Shown: positions 7,326 to 17,409 of the stretch, one piece after another | Layout of the letters: each line of letters begins with the position of its first letter | How positions within the stretch are numbered: the stretch's first letter is position 1 | NCBI GenBank assembly: GCA_025839675.1 | Contig: CP104013.1 | Span: forward strand, 3,420,001-3,452,000 | Length of the DNA: 32,000 nt | Direction of reading: 5' to 3' | Origin: Candidatus Lokiarchaeum ossiferum | Lineage (GTDB): Archaea; Asgardarchaeota; Lokiarchaeia; Sigyniarchaeales; Promethearchaeaceae | Made by a program: the position numbers and the translations under genes | The notes under the pieces: model-generated | What the model saw: the letters and a program-made list of their open reading frames with translations, nothing else | The model's database searches: none | Told to the model about the DNA's origin: nothing

Positions 7326-10300
7326 ATGTTTCCTACCAAAAATGTATCTAATCCGACAAAAGATGCGTCTAATCGTTCCGAATCTCCCCTTTTGGTAAAA
7401 TTTACCAATTTCGTTACCAATTTTATCTTTTTCTTGTTTTTTATGGTAGGGGTGCCCTTTTTACTTGGATGGGCGATATCAACTGTTACAACATCCTTAA
7501 TTTCTAATCCAGCATTATTTGACGAGATTAGGTTGGGTGTATGGCTTCTCTTTTCCGCCATTATGGTCCCAGTTGGATACATTTTCTTCTTGAAAAGTCG
7601 AAAACTTCCCATTTTTCATAAAATTACAATTTCAACCCAAGAAAAACCGTTATTCCAATCTTTAGGTCTTTTAATCCTGCCTGAACTGATTGTAGTCTCT
7701 TCATTTTATGTTTTAAATGGTGTTTTAGGCTATTCCACTTTTTTAAAAGAATTTCAATTTGCAATTATTCCAATTTTCTCTGTTGCTAGCCTTCTTCTCC
7801 TTTCTACTTATAGCATTTTAATTGATCCCACACATTTACATCTTGAAACAATAAACAGAGGTGATCAACAAGGTTATGTGGTAGCTTTTCATCAAAAATC
7901 GATGGCTAAAATCTTTCAGGATACCCTAATCTTGAAGATGATTTTGATTTTAGGTGCTTTATTTTTAGATATGCATGTGGTATTAGTTATAATAGTAGAT
8001 GGATTCTTGTTAATTTTGCTGAGTGTTTTTTCAGCATTAAGTAGCAAAATCAGCCCTGAAAAACAAGATTATCGGTTCGCTTTAAAAATAATTATTTATA
8101 AAACGGGGCTCTTAGTTGCAGGGCTCCTAATTTTTGCAATATCTCTTAATTCCTCCGAATTTAATCAAATATTATTCATTCTAACTACAATTCTCCTGAT
8201 ATTTAAGGTCGCTTTAACATCATTTATGGGTCAAATTCGGAACTTAAACTACAATGAGGCGATGTGGCAACGAAGTAAGAAAATAAATGATATTTTGACT
8301 CTCATTCTTTATTTATGTTCTATTCCCCTAATTTTTCTTAGATTTGGGGAATTAGGAGGAATTTTTGCATTCATCACAGTTCTTCTATTCGTTCCCCTAA
8401 TTTTTATAGAAAATCATTACGAGATTACCAATAAGGAATTTGCGCGCATTTTCTACATGGCCAATTTACTGATTTGCGATGCTATATTGTCTTTCTTTGT
8501 TATTCCAACTAGTTTATTTGGTTCTTCTGTAATGGTGAATATAGTCATTTTTACCCTCTTGTTGACAGTATTTTCTTCTGTTTTGGACTACCAGAAGCTC
8601 ATTAGTAAAAAGGCTTATGTGATTTTGCAGAATATTTTATTGACAACCCTCTTCTTTGAGATTGCCATCCAATTAGCGATGTTTAATTTTCTTCCTATCT
8701 CCAATTCGGTAGTTTTCAACTACATTTGGTTTTTATCAATTGGATTTCTTAGCTCTTTTTATCGTCTCTATGTTGTTCAGTTCAAAAAACAAACGAATCG
8801 GTATCTTTCTGTCATTATTATTGGGTGTTTCTACATTATTTTCAGTGGAATATTTCTTCTTCTCACTAAAAATCTTGTAGGAATTAATGATCGGCTAATT
8901 TCCCCTATCCAAGAGGGAACGGGTCTTCCTATTATTTTTCGCCCTTCTGGTTTTATTTCTTTTATTGAAAATTCTTTAGAGAACTTTTTCTCGTGGATTG
9001 GCACTCTGAATGCAAATTTCAGCGCTATGATACCTTCATCAAACGGATTGATCAGTTTATGGAACTTATTTCTATGTCTAGGACTCACTCTTGGAATGCT
9101 ATTTTTTGTGTTGAACATTCATAAACAACTAAAAATCCTTAATTCTAATGTATATCTTAAAAATACTTTAATTCTTCAGTTATTTGGCAATATTGTGCTC
9201 TTTTTTGGAACATTATTGGTATTTCAATCTTTTTTTGGACTGTTTTTAGCTATTTCCATTGCTATTCTTGGAGTATCTCGTATTATTAGAAAGATGTTTC
9301 AACTCAAATTGAAGATTGATGATCAAGCAAAATATGATCAAATAACTCAAAAATTAATTCTATTTAATTTGGGATTGTCTCTTTTCTGTTTTCTCTTCTT
9401 TAGTTGGGAAATAATGCAGCTAAATGTATTTTTATCATTAGTAATTGCGATGTTTGTACTGAAAGTATATGTTAATCTTGTGCCTATCGTTAAAAATGCT
9501 TTAAATCACGTTGTTAATGGAAAAATGACTCTCCATTTAATTAATGGGGTGATTACATGTTTAATATCCGGCTTATTAATACCTTCAGTTATTCTCAATC
9601 TTGAATCTATTTTTGCAATTCAGCCTTCTATTCATCTCGGCATCTTAGCTAGCAGTTCCATTCTTATTCTTACTCTGTTTTACCGGCTTGCTTTGCCTCA
9701 ATTTTTAAAAGGAAATTATTTAACCCAACTGCAATATTCAAAAATGGTTTTCCTGAATTCAATCGTATTTCTTGGTTCAGTGTATGCAGTAGTCGAGATA
9801 ATTGGGTTGCATTATATTTCATGGATAAATCTACAACATCAATCATTATCAATCAATCTCTGGGTTATTTTTGTTCCCCTTTATGCCATTTGGTTCATTT
9901 CAAATAGACAAAAGACATCTTCTCTCAGGAAAGATGACGAATTTGTAAAATTAGGATGGCAAATCGCTACCCTTGTACTCTGGATTATATCGACAAGTGG
10001 ATTCGCTTTTTCTTTAATGTACTCTTTAGCTTTTAGCTTGTTTTTTGTCTCCCTTGGAGTGATAATTTTGGGCACATGCACAATTACCACTTTAAATTAC
10101 TTAACTCAACTAAAACCTGCCTTAGAACCGAAATTAAGTGAATTGAAAACTCGAATTTCTTATATCACCATTTTATTGATCATCTTAGCGGTGTTTTCTG
10201 CTAGCTATAAAACACCCGATGATGGTCTTTCGGCTTCTCTCTCCTTGGTGTTTGCTCTCCTATCTGCCATTATTTTATTCAATTCCGTTCCTCTCCTTCG

Positions 10301-13300
10301 AAAAAGCTTATCGACTAAGGCTTTATTCATTTTAAATGCATCATTCTTAGTTTCTTTATCAATCGTGATTGATACATCCATTCTTATTCCTTTAAATGAG
10401 ATACAATCTATATCACTTTCGGTCTTTTCAGCGAGTTTTTTAATTCCATTAGTAATGATCCAATATTCTATCTACCTTTTAGGTAAAAGTGTAATTGCTC
10501 ATGAACTCTCTCGAAAGATTCATCAAATCGTTGCATTTATAGGATTAATTACCATAGCCAGCATTCCATTTGAATCGATTCTAAATTCTTCTGGTGGAGT
10601 ATTTTTAGCGCTCTTTGTGTCTTCATTAATTATCACAGCACTTTTAGTAGTCGATATGGTCACTTTCAAATGGATAACTACCGATCGCTTAATCCTTTTG
10701 GTGTTTCTCATAGCATTTGCTACTAATGCAACTTCGTTAGGATTATTTGTAAGCAATAATCTTGATTTAAATTTAGATTATAAGATAGTGATTTTCATTC
10801 TTTTCATGCTCCCCTGTGTTTTTAGTTTGCTAAAATTTGTAGATTGGGGAAACAATAAGTTGTTACAAAAAAGGTCACAGGCAACTCCTGTGCAAAATAT
10901 TTCAACGCAAAGTATTCAAACTAAATCTCAAAGTGAAGTCCCCTATCCCCCTTCAAATACTGCTGTAAATATTCATAATGTTCCCAATGTTCCTTCGATG
11001 CAACAACCTATTATTTCTGATCCAATTCAGTATTCTGGTGATTTGCCCTTAACTCATAATCTTCAACAGCAAATTTTAAGTCACTATGATTCCATTGTTC
11101 CTATTTTTGATATTTTATGTTTATTGATTTCTTCTTATTTAGGCCTTCGAATGATTTTCAGTGATGCTCTATCATTTCCATTGGCGATATTAATAATGGG
11201 AACTTCCATTCTATCTGCCTTGACAACTTTTGATAATAAAACTAAAATGACTTCCTTTTTCATTGAATATTTCCAAGCCTTAATTTCAATTGCTCTTTAT
11301 TTCTTATTCACTATAGATGTTGAAGGTTCCTTCATTATCAACATTCTACCTAATGTTTCTGAAAATGTCATTATTTGGCTTATTTTCGCTCTTCAACTTC
11401 TTTTTATTGGGTTTTCTGCTTTTATTTCCACCCATCACACTCCTGTTAATAAAATTGTTAAAAATTCACAATCACTATTCTTGTTCGCCTTAATTGGATA
11501 CCCTTTCATTGCAACTCCTTTTATCGCAGAAAAAATACCAATAACTCTCGCATTAACATTTATAGCACTAATTTTTACCATTAGTATAGATTTTCGCTTT
11601 AAAAATCTCCTTTTCCGTTCTATATTACCCTGGAGTTTAGCCACTTTGGTAGGACATCTCCTGTGGAATTACTCTGATCGACCTTTACATTTAGACATAC
11701 TTATTCCAATTACTGTCGGAATGGTTTTACAATGGGTGCTTCTTCAATATTATTATCTTGGAAATTCCAAAATTAGTAAATTTAAAAGCATCATAGGATA
11801 TTCTGCCATTTTATTGAGTTTAACTACCTATATTACTTTATATCTTGAATTTAAATTTGTGATGGGACTACTTTCTCCAGTTGTTTTCAGTTTATTAATT
11901 ATTACCCTTCTTCAATTGAAGAAAATACCCTCCCTCTCCCATCGAATCTCCATTTATAATCAAATCATAATTCTATCTACTTTTGTGGTTTTCTTTTTCG
12001 CAGGAGCTCACTATTTCTTTTTTACTTTTGAATATAAATGGTATCTTGCCATTTCCCTCGCTAGTACCGCATCTGGGTTTGTAAACTTAAAACTTTTTGA
12101 CAAATTAAATGTTCAAGCTTCAAAATTTATAATTGGAAATTTAGGATTATCAACCATTTCGTCTGGACTATTATTCGGTCTTTTTCTTAATGATCCAACC
12201 CTTATTGATATGAAATTAAAGTTTGTTGTCCCTATTGCCATTGATTTAGCAGTACTCATGTTTTTCTTGGCAATTCGAGCCTATCAAGGATCTTTCAAAC
12301 AAGTGTGGGATTATGGATGGTATATATGGAATATCATGCCTATTGTTAATTTGTTCCTCATTTTTCCACTTGTATCAGGATTAGATCAATTATCAAGTGG
12401 TATTCCGCTCATAAATGATCTTTCTCTCAATGGTTCCATTATTCTTACCTTAATCTTAGTTTCTTTTCTTGAATTACCGGTATTCATCTCCAAGTTAAAG
12501 AAGAATTTCAATCGCATAATTTATGGATTTTGGCTGGAGTTTGTTGTTTTAAGTATTTGGGGAGCAGAAAATCTTTTTCCAGAATTGCTAACAGTAAAAC
12601 TTGCTTTCATTGGACTTGCAGCATTTTTGCTTTTGGTCCCAATTTTCACTTATTACAAGCAATGGAATTATCTAACTATCCTTTGGCCTTTTTTAGCTGC
12701 TGCAAACATTCTTTTCTTTTCTTTTCTGTTTGAAATAGATCCTAGTTGGATGATCCCTGTGGATTCTTTGGTTGGAGGACTTTATGTTCTAGTGTGGGGT
12801 TATTTTCCCAATATCAAAGAAAAATTTACAAAAACTCGTTTAGCTCTTATTCTTATTGGTTATTTTTCAATGTATGTAAGTATTTTTGCTTTAGTTTTCA
12901 ATTTTGTACAATTGATAGGTGTCCCCTCGAATATTGCTTTAAGCCTTACATTTATTATTATGTCATTTGGGCTACTTTCTGGAAAATGGGTCGATCTTAG
13001 TGAAAAAGGGTTGAAAGTTGTTCTTTCCGTTACCTCTGTTGTGAACATGGGTATAATTACTGCTCAATCTATGGCTTTAATTCCTGGATACGATTTAAAA
13101 TTATTTGGCATTTTTCTAGGGCTTTCATTTTCCTTTGGCTCTCTATTCATCTTCCAATCAAGAAATTTCCTCCCCCCTGTTTTCAAAGAAATTATTTGGT
13201 TTGGTATGGCTTTATCCATGGGATTAGCAATCGCATCATTGTTGCTATTTTTGTGGCATGCAGGCATTTGGGCCGTTATTGGTGTCTTAATCCTAGTAAC

Positions 13301-16300
13301 ATGTCTTATCTGCCTTCCCTTGTCCTTCTTCCGACAAAATCTCTTTATTATCAATTCGTTCATGGTGCTAAGTATTTCCTTATTAAGTATGCAACCTTTG
13401 GTCCATATTTCCAAATTTGTGGAATTTCATCAACCGTTGGTGTTCATTGATATCTTTTTAGGATTAGAACTCGTTTACTTGTGGATTTCTGCTAAAAAAC
13501 CACGCTATTCGTTATTTCAGAACTTAAAGAAAAATTTGGAAATGTTTGTCATTTTATGGATGGTCTTTTCAACCCTAATCTCATTCACTTTTATTCGTTT
13601 TGTAATGGATTTGATGCATTTTGATTTTGATTTAATTATTGTTTTTGGGACGATATTAGGTTTCAGTCTTCTTGCCTTATTGGGTATGAAACCAATTCGA
13701 GATTACGCTCTTTTTAATCAATTTTCAGTTATTGATAAGATCATAACGCATTTACGAACGAGTTTAAGTATTATTTCCTATGGGAGTGCAGCAATTCTGA
13801 TTGGTATTATTTTGCCTTCCACTTCCATTTCTACTGCAAATCCGATTCTATTTAATATTTGTTATCGATTGGCTGTAATTTCTCTAGTTTTGCTCGTGGA
13901 GTTTTCTGTTCTTGATAGTTATCAAGTGAAATTAATTCCGCCTGAGTTACGGAGTCAACTGACTTGGATATTCTTTTTCATATTCACTCTTTGTGGATTT
14001 GGGTTAGTTCAGCTAAGTGTTGAATATTGGGCACTTTCCCTATTCTTACTTTGTCTTTTCACTTTTGCCACAATCCGATTGATAGTCAATGCCAATACAA
14101 AAATAAACCCTAAAAATTTGAATTTAGGAAACGCATTAGTACTGATTGGGACTTTGTTTAGTGTACTATGGGGAGTTTTAAAAATCGAAGAGCATGTGAT
14201 TGATAAAAATTTCCATACATTATCGTTGAATTTGTTGATCGCCAGCCTTCTTGTGTATGGATTTGCAAAAATTAAGATTATACCTGCCAAAATTCTCCAA
14301 TTTATTCCCTATATTATCAGTTTCTTTATGGCAATACTACTGGAAGAACTTAGTCGCGTCTATTTACCGTTATCTCCTTTATTCCATTGTTGCGTCTTTA
14401 TTCTGTTCTTTTCAATTCTAAATTTAAAACGTATAACTCATTCTTTTCTTGTCTATTTCTTCTGGCTTGGTTTAGCCCTTTCTCTTTCCGGTTTTATTAT
14501 GGAGCCGATCTCAATTCTTGCTGGGGACTCTCTTTCTCTTTATAGTAAAGTGATGATGTTCCTATTTGGACTTTCTACGCTATTTTCGTTCTTTACACAT
14601 CGAATCGCCTCAATTATTCACCATCAAACTCCAAATTCACATTATGCGCTTGATGTTGCAAAACCTGCATTCAAACCTATGAAAATCAATTATGGATATA
14701 ATAACATCAAAACTAACCAGAAGATCTTCGTTGGTAGTACAATTTTTTCAGGACTTATAACTACTATAGGGGGCACATCATTATGGGCTAGTTTGATTTC
14801 ATCCAAATTGACTTCAAGTGAACTTATCACATCCTTACAGCAATCGTTCTTACTCATTTCTCTTCCTCCCTTAATCTTATCTATTTTTGCTGCCTCGATC
14901 TTTAACTATATCTGGGCTAACGAGTTATGGTTTGATCATGAAAATGTAAAAAATCGCTTGATAAAATGGCAAAAGATATCTGGAGTCCTCATTTATTTAT
15001 TCATTCCGATTTTTATTACCTCAAATCTCCATTTTCTCTTGCTTCCTGTCTTAGAAAATCTGTGGTGGAGATTTACAATCGATTATTTTGCAATTTCTGG
15101 TTTAAGTTTCATCTGTGTGTCATTATTTGATCGAAAATTTGTTCATTATCTTGATGATCAATTATCCTTGAAAATTTCTATGGTTGCTTTAGTAGGAATA
15201 GGAATTTCATTGTTCGGATTCTGGTATCTTGCTACTGGAAATATCATGGGAGGTTTAATTATATTTTCTCTCTTTTCTTTTAGTTTGAAACCTTACGTTC
15301 GGATTTATGATAAAATATACTTGAAATTCATCTTTGGTTTGAATCTAAGCCTTTATTTATGGATTTTAATACAAATTGGGGTGCTTCTATATTCGATTCC
15401 ATCATTTTGGATCCTAGCAACAATAATTCTTCTTGTCTGCATTCACATAGCTATCGAAATCGAGTCTCATTTTACCTTCTTAAGGCCTTTTACTCAGTGG
15501 ATTCAGGCATTACGATTAATTTCTTGGGTAGTTACCTCCGTAGGCACAACTGCATTGATGGTTGTGCAACAAATATCTCAATTCTCTCTTGGATACCTCT
15601 TTTTAGATATGATTATTTTAACTGTGGAAGGATTTTATTTGAATTATCTTCTTTATCATCAAAAAGATGCCGATAAATATTTCAAAAACAATCAAACTCT
15701 CGGTTTAATTGTGTATGGAGAAATTATTGGATTGATTACCTCCTTTCTAATCCCAATTATATTAGCGATCAATACAGATTCAAAAATTTTAGACTTATTG
15801 GAAAGTTTCGCGTTAGCCAGCGTTATCTGCTTCGCGATTTATGGGTTGATTTATTTAGACGATAAAATTATTCATTTGATTCAACCTCAATCTCGAAAAA
15901 TTTTACGTTTGGGCACCTATTTATTATTTATTGGAATATTTGCTATAGATTGCAGCCTTTTGGTAATGTTTATTTTCGATTTATCTCCTATTGGGGGATC
16001 ATTACCTTTCAATCAGCAGATTTTTCTTTCGTCAACCATTGGATCTGGCATTCTGGCTTTGGCATTTCTGTATCGGTTCCACAACAAAAAAATTAATCAA
16101 ATCTTTTATTGGATTGTTTCCATCCAGATTTCCATCCTTTGTTATATTTCTGATAGTCCAATCTTACTAGTTGTGGTGGCTTCTCTTTCCTTTGTCATGT
16201 ACTTCTTCATTTTCTTCATGGAAGCTATATTAAAGGCCCTTCGGATCATTATTGAAAAAATTTCTCTCTTTTTCAAGAACATATGGGGATATATTCGCCA

Positions 16301-16766
16301 ATTTCTTACTTGGATACTTCAAACACTTGTTGGATTCTATCGCAAATTTAAAAAAGCAATTTACCTTTCTTCAGCTCTAGTATTGAGTGGATTTCTATTC
16401 TATTTCTTAGGGGGGACTAATTTTGAATTAATTCCTAGAATTTCTTCCTCTATACTTGCTTTTCTCTTAGTTATTATCCCTATTTCTCCAGAAGTTCAGA
16501 AAAAAACGACAGAAAGAACATTTCTTGCAAAAATATTTTATCGATTCGGAATTTTATTCTCCGCTCTCGGAATAAGTAATCAATTTGCTCCCGATTTTCC
16601 TTGGTGGAATCCCTTCATAATTTTCATTTTCTTTGCAGCTTTTATTTGGGGTGTGAAAATATCAGAAGATGAATATAAATTGTCAATATATTGGCGTTTT
16701 AGTGCGGTTATATTAACGATCATAGATTTAATCTATCTTGTTTACGTATTCGTGTTCGGGTCGTAG
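7326..16766 (+). CDS. Giant (3,146 aa) polytopic integral membrane protein of unknown function
   Basis: A 9.4-kb uninterrupted ORF in AT-rich DNA. The translation is F/L/I/S-rich, with hydrophobic 18-25-residue segments about every 33 residues (~90 by manual count) and short K/R-containing loops. The only clearly polar stretch is a Q/S/P-rich linker at aa ~1178-1255. No known catalytic or transport motif was recognised. Confidence 0.85.
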   Translation: MFPTKNVSNPTKDASNRSESPLLVKFTNFVTNFIFFLFFMVGVPFLLGWAISTVTTSLISNPALFDEIRLGVWLLFSAIMVPVGYIFFLKSRKLPIFHKITISTQEKPLFQSLGLLILPELIVVSSFYVLNGVLGYSTFLKEFQFAIIPIFSVASLLLLSTYSILIDPTHLHLETINRGDQQGYVVAFHQKSMAKIFQDTLILKMILILGALFLDMHVVLVIIVDGFLLILLSVFSALSSKISPEKQDYRFALKIIIYKTGLLVAGLLIFAISLNSSEFNQILFILTTILLIFKVALTSFMGQIRNLNYNEAMWQRSKKINDILTLILYLCSIPLIFLRFGELGGIFAFITVLLFVPLIFIENHYEITNKEFARIFYMANLLICDAILSFFVIPTSLFGSSVMVNIVIFTLLLTVFSSVLDYQKLISKKAYVILQNILLTTLFFEIAIQLAMFNFLPISNSVVFNYIWFLSIGFLSSFYRLYVVQFKKQTNRYLSVIIIGCFYIIFSGIFLLLTKNLVGINDRLISPIQEGTGLPIIFRPSGFISFIENSLENFFSWIGTLNANFSAMIPSSNGLISLWNLFLCLGLTLGMLFFVLNIHKQLKILNSNVYLKNTLILQLFGNIVLFFGTLLVFQSFFGLFLAISIAILGVSRIIRKMFQLKLKIDDQAKYDQITQKLILFNLGLSLFCFLFFSWEIMQLNVFLSLVIAMFVLKVYVNLVPIVKNALNHVVNGKMTLHLINGVITCLISGLLIPSVILNLESIFAIQPSIHLGILASSSILILTLFYRLALPQFLKGNYLTQLQYSKMVFLNSIVFLGSVYAVVEIIGLHYISWINLQHQSLSINLWVIFVPLYAIWFISNRQKTSSLRKDDEFVKLGWQIATLVLWIISTSGFAFSLMYSLAFSLFFVSLGVIILGTCTITTLNYLTQLKPALEPKLSELKTRISYITILLIILAVFSASYKTPDDGLSASLSLVFALLSAIILFNSVPLLRKSLSTKALFILNASFLVSLSIVIDTSILIPLNEIQSISLSVFSASFLIPLVMIQYSIYLLGKSVIAHELSRKIHQIVAFIGLITIASIPFESILNSSGGVFLALFVSSLIITALLVVDMVTFKWITTDRLILLVFLIAFATNATSLGLFVSNNLDLNLDYKIVIFILFMLPCVFSLLKFVDWGNNKLLQKRSQATPVQNISTQSIQTKSQSEVPYPPSNTAVNIHNVPNVPSMQQPIISDPIQYSGDLPLTHNLQQQILSHYDSIVPIFDILCLLISSYLGLRMIFSDALSFPLAILIMGTSILSALTTFDNKTKMTSFFIEYFQALISIALYFLFTIDVEGSFIINILPNVSENVIIWLIFALQLLFIGFSAFISTHHTPVNKIVKNSQSLFLFALIGYPFIATPFIAEKIPITLALTFIALIFTISIDFRFKNLLFRSILPWSLATLVGHLLWNYSDRPLHLDILIPITVGMVLQWVLLQYYYLGNSKISKFKSIIGYSAILLSLTTYITLYLEFKFVMGLLSPVVFSLLIITLLQLKKIPSLSHRISIYNQIIILSTFVVFFFAGAHYFFFTFEYKWYLAISLASTASGFVNLKLFDKLNVQASKFIIGNLGLSTISSGLLFGLFLNDPTLIDMKLKFVVPIAIDLAVLMFFLAIRAYQGSFKQVWDYGWYIWNIMPIVNLFLIFPLVSGLDQLSSGIPLINDLSLNGSIILTLILVSFLELPVFISKLKKNFNRIIYGFWLEFVVLSIWGAENLFPELLTVKLAFIGLAAFLLLVPIFTYYKQWNYLTILWPFLAAANILFFSFLFEIDPSWMIPVDSLVGGLYVLVWGYFPNIKEKFTKTRLALILIGYFSMYVSIFALVFNFVQLIGVPSNIALSLTFIIMSFGLLSGKWVDLSEKGLKVVLSVTSVVNMGIITAQSMALIPGYDLKLFGIFLGLSFSFGSLFIFQSRNFLPPVFKEIIWFGMALSMGLAIASLLLFLWHAGIWAVIGVLILVTCLICLPLSFFRQNLFIINSFMVLSISLLSMQPLVHISKFVEFHQPLVFIDIFLGLELVYLWISAKKPRYSLFQNLKKNLEMFVILWMVFSTLISFTFIRFVMDLMHFDFDLIIVFGTILGFSLLALLGMKPIRDYALFNQFSVIDKIITHLRTSLSIISYGSAAILIGIILPSTSISTANPILFNICYRLAVISLVLLVEFSVLDSYQVKLIPPELRSQLTWIFFFIFTLCGFGLVQLSVEYWALSLFLLCLFTFATIRLIVNANTKINPKNLNLGNALVLIGTLFSVLWGVLKIEEHVIDKNFHTLSLNLLIASLLVYGFAKIKIIPAKILQFIPYIISFFMAILLEELSRVYLPLSPLFHCCVFILFFSILNLKRITHSFLVYFFWLGLALSLSGFIMEPISILAGDSLSLYSKVMMFLFGLSTLFSFFTHRIASIIHHQTPNSHYALDVAKPAFKPMKINYGYNNIKTNQKIFVGSTIFSGLITTIGGTSLWASLISSKLTSSELITSLQQSFLLISLPPLILSIFAASIFNYIWANELWFDHENVKNRLIKWQKISGVLIYLFIPIFITSNLHFLLLPVLENLWWRFTIDYFAISGLSFICVSLFDRKFVHYLDDQLSLKISMVALVGIGISLFGFWYLATGNIMGGLIIFSLFSFSLKPYVRIYDKIYLKFIFGLNLSLYLWILIQIGVLLYSIPSFWILATIILLVCIHIAIEIESHFTFLRPFTQWIQALRLISWVVTSVGTTALMVVQQISQFSLGYLFLDMIILTVEGFYLNYLLYHQKDADKYFKNNQTLGLIVYGEIIGLITSFLIPIILAINTDSKILDLLESFALASVICFAIYGLIYLDDKIIHLIQPQSRKILRLGTYLLFIGIFAIDCSLLVMFIFDLSPIGGSLPFNQQIFLSSTIGSGILALAFLYRFHNKKINQIFYWIVSIQISILCYISDSPILLVVVASLSFVMYFFIFFMEAILKALRIIIEKISLFFKNIWGYIRQFLTWILQTLVGFYRKFKKAIYLSSALVLSGFLFYFLGGTNFELIPRISSSILAFLLVIIPISPEVQKKTTERTFLAKIFYRFGILFSALGISNQFAPDFPWWNPFIIFIFFAAFIWGVKISEDEYKLSIYWRFSAVILTIIDLIYLVYVFVFGS

Positions 16767-16769
16767 TTG

Positions 16770-17405
16770 TTATTTTTTTTTAATTCTTTTCAAGGTATCA
16801 ATTCGAGAAATTTGGCCTTGTAAAAGCATCTTGCAAATTTCTAGTTGTTCAATAGATTTTTCAATTTCTCCCTTAAGTTGGTCTAGTTCGTCATTAGTAC
16901 GTTTATTGGGGATTTGATTGGCAACTTGGCTATCAAAATCAATGAGAAATGGACCTAAATAGTTCTCAGCAAATTTCTTATCAGGAAATTTTGTTCCTTT
17001 GAGATCGATTTTCGAATGCCCTGTCGTATTGCTCTCATTGGAACTTAAAGCAGCATCTAAGGCATCATCATTTAGATTTTTAATCACTCGAGTTAGTTTC
17101 TTTCCTTTAGGTGTCAATTTATAAAAAATCATCTGTCGTTTACTATTATTATCTGTTCGATCTTGAGCAACCCCCTTTTTGATAAGAAATTCCCTGTCTA
17201 ATTTCTTCAAAATTGGATATACTGTCCCAGATTTAACATTCCAACTGTAGGATTCTCGCAAGTGTGTCATTATCTGGTATCCGTACACGACATTTGAATC
17301 ATTGATCGGATCCTCAATAATTTCATCAATCGCCATTAGAACTAGGGCAGTTGCTACTGATACTGTTTTACCTTTATTATCTAAACGAATTTTTTTTGAA
17401 AACAT
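16770..17405 (-). CDS. PadR-family winged-helix transcriptional regulator with long C-terminal coiled-coil extension
   Basis: YGYQIMTHLRESYSWNVKSGTVYPILKKLDREFLIKK matches the PadR wHTH signature. The C-terminal ~60 aa (DELDQLKGEIEKSIEQLEICKMLLQGQISRIDTLK) are heptad-like. The gene lies 4 nt downstream of the 2TM gene. Confidence 0.85.
   Translation of the reverse strand: MFSKKIRLDNKGKTVSVATALVLMAIDEIIEDPINDSNVVYGYQIMTHLRESYSWNVKSGTVYPILKKLDREFLIKKGVAQDRTDNNSKRQMIFYKLTPKGKKLTRVIKNLNDDALDAALSSNESNTTGHSKIDLKGTKFPDKKFAENYLGPFLIDFDSQVANQIPNKRTNDELDQLKGEIEKSIEQLEICKMLLQGQISRIDTLKRIKKK
16773..16781 (+). terminator. Oligo-T (T9) tract immediately after the giant gene stop; candidate archaeal terminator
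   Basis: TAG lies at 16764-16766 and is followed by TTGTTA and then T9. The same bases encode the KKK C-terminus of the convergent PadR gene. Confidence 0.3.
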
Positions 17406-17409
17406 CTTT

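Noticed and set aside
7304-7612. 102-aa minus-strand ORF overlapping the 5' end of the giant gene
   Set aside because: It is antisense to a far longer, compositionally coherent ORF. Its K-rich translation is what the complement of a Phe/Leu-rich coding strand produces. It has no motif and no sensible upstream signal.
8831-15676. About a dozen 60-116-aa ORFs inside the giant gene (8831-9118, 9670-9852, 9881-10090, 10523-10756, 11435-11644, 12530-12733, 12746-13000, 12860-13048, 13064-13414, 13196-13450, 14009-14290, 15359-15676)
   Set aside because: All are nested in or antisense to the 9.4-kb ORF, short and low-complexity, with no recognisable domains. They are shadow ORFs.
7326-16766. Possibility that the giant ORF is a non-coding or compositional artefact, or several genes merged
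   Set aside because: Stop codons are AT-rich and abundant in every other frame here, so a 3,146-codon stop-free frame cannot plausibly arise by chance. The hydrophobic periodicity and charged loops are protein-like throughout. Merging by assembly error cannot be excluded without reads, so this is kept as a refutation test.
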